Shown here piece after piece: positions 61,860 to 64,000 of a stretch of DNA of 64,000 bases (positions are counted from its first letter, which is position 1; every line of letters begins with the position of its first letter). The notes under the pieces were generated by a model. It had not been told where the DNA came from and searched no databases. It saw only the letters and a list, made by a program, of their open reading frames with translations. The stretch spans positions 58,670-122,669 of the forward strand of contig VXMO01000043.1 in NCBI GenBank assembly GCA_009841045.1, written 5' to 3'. This stretch comes from Dehalococcoidia bacterium. Lineage in GTDB: Bacteria; Chloroflexota; Dehalococcoidia; UBA6926. A program made the translations under genes and the position numbers.

Positions 61860-62858
61860 ATGGCAGACATCTACTACGACAACGACGCGAATCTTGATCA
61901 CATCAAGGATGAGGTCATCGGGGTCATCGGCTACGGCAGCCAGGGCCACGCCCACGCACTGAATCTCAAGGACAGCGGCGCGAATGTCATGGTTGGCCTG
62001 TACCGCGGCAGCAAGTCGTGGGAACAGGCGGAGTCAGACGGCCTCGAAGTCGGAACCGTCGAAGAAGTCGCGCAGCGAGCAAGCATCATCATGATGCTAA
62101 TCCCGGACACACGACAGAAGCAGGTCTATGACGAGTCCATCGCCCCACATCTGGACGATGGCAAGACGCTGATGTTCGCGCACGGCTTCAATATTCACTA
62201 CAGCCAGATCGTGCCGCCCCCCGGCGTGGACGTGACCATGATCGCTCCCAAGGCCCCCGGCCATCGCGTCCGCCAACTCTTCCAGCGTGGTGTCGGCACC
62301 CCTGCCCTGATGGCGATTCACCAGGACGTGACTGAAGGCGCGCGTGCACGAGCGCTGGGTTACGCAAAAGGCATTGGCGCAACGAAGGCGGGCGTCATCG
62401 AGACAACGTTTTCCGAGGAAACCATCACCGACCTTTTCGGCGAGCAAGCCGTCCTGTGCGGCGGCATCACCAGTCTCGTCAAGGCCGGGTTTGAGACGCT
62501 GGTCAAGGCGGGCTACCAGCCTGAAATCGCATACTTCGAATGCCTCCATGAGATGAAGCTCATCGTTGACCTCATCTACCAGGGCGGGCTGGAGTACATG
62601 CGGTATTCAGTAAGCGATACCGCCGAGTACGGCGATTACGTGTCCGGACCGCGCCTCATTGACGACGGCGCAAAGGAGCGCATGCAGCAGATCCTTGAAG
62701 AGGTCCAGGATGGCACGTTCGCCCGTCAGTGGATTTTGGAAAACCAGGCGGGTCGCCCCAGCTTCAACGCGCTCAAGGCGGCGGACACCACGCACCTCAT
62801 CGAGGTCGTCGGGCGCGATCTACGCGCAATGATGCCCTGGCTCAAGGACACGGTCTAA
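61860..62858 (+). CDS. ilvC: Ketol-acid reductoisomerase
   Basis: [17 protein letters not shown] Rossmann motif plus the class I KARI C-terminal domain. Confidence 0.95.
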   Translation: MADIYYDNDANLDHIKDEVIGVIGYGSQGHAHALNLKDSGANVMVGLYRGSKSWEQAESDGLEVGTVEEVAQRASIIMMLIPDTRQKQVYDESIAPHLDDGKTLMFAHGFNIHYSQIVPPPGVDVTMIAPKAPGHRVRQLFQRGVGTPALMAIHQDVTEGARARALGYAKGIGATKAGVIETTFSEETITDLFGEQAVLCGGITSLVKAGFETLVKAGYQPEIAYFECLHEMKLIVDLIYQGGLEYMRYSVSDTAEYGDYVSGPRLIDDGAKERMQQILEEVQDGTFARQWILENQAGRPSFNALKAADTTHLIEVVGRDLRAMMPWLKDTV

Positions 62859-63051
62859 TCGGACACTACACCAATGACTGTACTGTCACATATCGATTCA
62901 TCGCGGCGCGCATTGGGCGCCGGATGCGGCGGCAACCTCTACCTTACAGGCGCGCTCATGCTGCGGGGACGCTAGCAGGTGGGCGCGCGCAAACAGGGAA
63001 GAGGCGCGGCCTGACGGGCCGCGGAACACCTACAGATAAAGGACATCAGTC

Positions 63052-64000
63052 ATGGTTGAGCAGGAACGAATAACAATCTTTGACACCACGCTCCGTGACG
63101 GAGAACAGGCAGCAGGCGCAGGCCTCAATTGGGAGGAGAAGCTGGAAATAGCCCGCCAACTTGAGCGTCTCGGCGTGGATGTTATCGAGGCGGGGTTTCC
63201 CGCCTCATCCCCGGGCAACCTGGAAACCGTGCAGCGTATAGCCCGTGAAGTGCGTGAGCCGGTCATCGCGGGACTGGCCCGCTGCGTTCCCGGTGACATC
63301 GACGCCGCATGGGAAGCCGTGCAAGTCGCGGACAAGCCGCGCATCCACGTTTTCATCTCCAGTTCAGATATTCACCTGACCCACCAACTCCGCAAGTCCC
63401 CCGAAGAAGTGATGGAGCAGGCAATCACATCTGTCGAACGGGCAAAGAGCTACTGCGACAACGTCGAGTTCTCCCCAATGGACGCCACTCGAACGGACTG
63501 GGATTTCATCTATCGGCTGGTTACGGAGGCAATCAAGGCGGGCGCAACCACGATCAACATCCCGGACACAGTCGGCTACGCCATTCCGGACGAGTTCGGG
63601 CGGCTTATCTCCAGCGTGTTTGAGAACGTCAAGAACATCAGCAATGCGACGGTCAGCGTGCATTGCCACAACGATCTTGGTCTTGCCTCCGCGAACTCCA
63701 TCGCCGCCGTCCAGAACGGCGCGCGCCAGGTTGAAGTCTGCGTCAATGGCATCGGCGAGCGCGCGGGAAACGCCTCGCTTGAAGAGGTCGTCATGGCCAT
63801 CCACACGCGCGAGGACTTGCTGGGTTTCACGACAGGTGTGGACACCACCCAGATCTACCGCGCGAGCCGCATGGTCAGCGACTACACGGGCTTCGCAGTG
63901 CAACCCAACAAGGCCATCGTTGGCCTCAACGCCTTCCGCCATGAGTCCGGCATCCACCAGGACGCCATGCTCAAGGCGCCAATCACGTTTGAGATCATAA
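63052..64000 (+). CDS. leuA: 2-isopropylmalate synthase (5' portion; runs off the window end)
   Basis: [25 protein letters not shown]...[17 protein letters not shown]...[14 protein letters not shown]. No stop before 64000. Missing from the ORF track because it is unterminated. Confidence 0.9.
   Translation, partial: MVEQERITIFDTTLRDGEQAAGAGLNWEEKLEIARQLERLGVDVIEAGFPASSPGNLETVQRIAREVREPVIAGLARCVPGDIDAAWEAVQVADKPRIHVFISSSDIHLTHQLRKSPEEVMEQAITSVERAKSYCDNVEFSPMDATRTDWDFIYRLVTEAIKAGATTINIPDTVGYAIPDEFGRLISSVFENVKNISNATVSVHCHNDLGLASANSIAAVQNGARQVEVCVNGIGERAGNASLEEVVMAIHTREDLLGFTTGVDTTQIYRASRMVSDYTGFAVQPNKAIVGLNAFRHESGIHQDAMLKAPITFEII

Overview
High-GC (~62-65%), gene-dense bacterial chromosomal segment dominated by conserved housekeeping genes. 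The repeat families and gene synteny suggest a Chloroflexota-like genome, but that assignment is tentative.

Conserved blocks, in order: rnhB; a CorC/HlyC transporter; two tRNA-Ser; dprA-topA-xerC; aroQ-pepP-efp; the tig-clpP-clpX operon (minus strand); aspS; sigA/rpoD; secE-nusG-rplK-rplA-rplJ-rplL with tuf and two tRNA-Thr; larC-larE; radA-clpC; an S1 protein; two tandem MFS transporters; a DAHP synthase; tRNA-Tyr plus tyrS; pheA; and ilvB-ilvN-ilvC-leuA preceded by a T-box leader.

Non-routine content:
- A Bcp/PrxQ-type peroxiredoxin whose peroxidatic Cys codon is an in-frame UGA followed by a SECIS-like hairpin. This is a candidate selenoprotein. It sits beside a divergent Ni-superoxide dismutase (sodN) and its S26-type maturation peptidase (sodX).
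- A TyrRS carrying an N-terminal PheT-type B3/4 domain, directly downstream of tRNA-Tyr.
- A secreted lipoprotein made of four tandem sCache_2-like domains.
- A low-GC island with a Type II restriction-modification pair (NgoMIV/Cfr10I-like endonuclease plus an SPPY beta-class amino-methyltransferase), embedded in an ~800-bp mosaic array of small palindromic REP/BIME-like repeats that recur throughout the window.
- Two conserved genes disrupted by single lesions: rpmG has a +1 frameshift in a G-run, and pheA has one in-frame TAG.
- A collagen-like (GXY-repeat) lipoprotein.

No CRISPR array, prophage or transposase was seen. Many long ORFs in the supplied track are antisense or GC-driven artefacts overlapping conserved genes.
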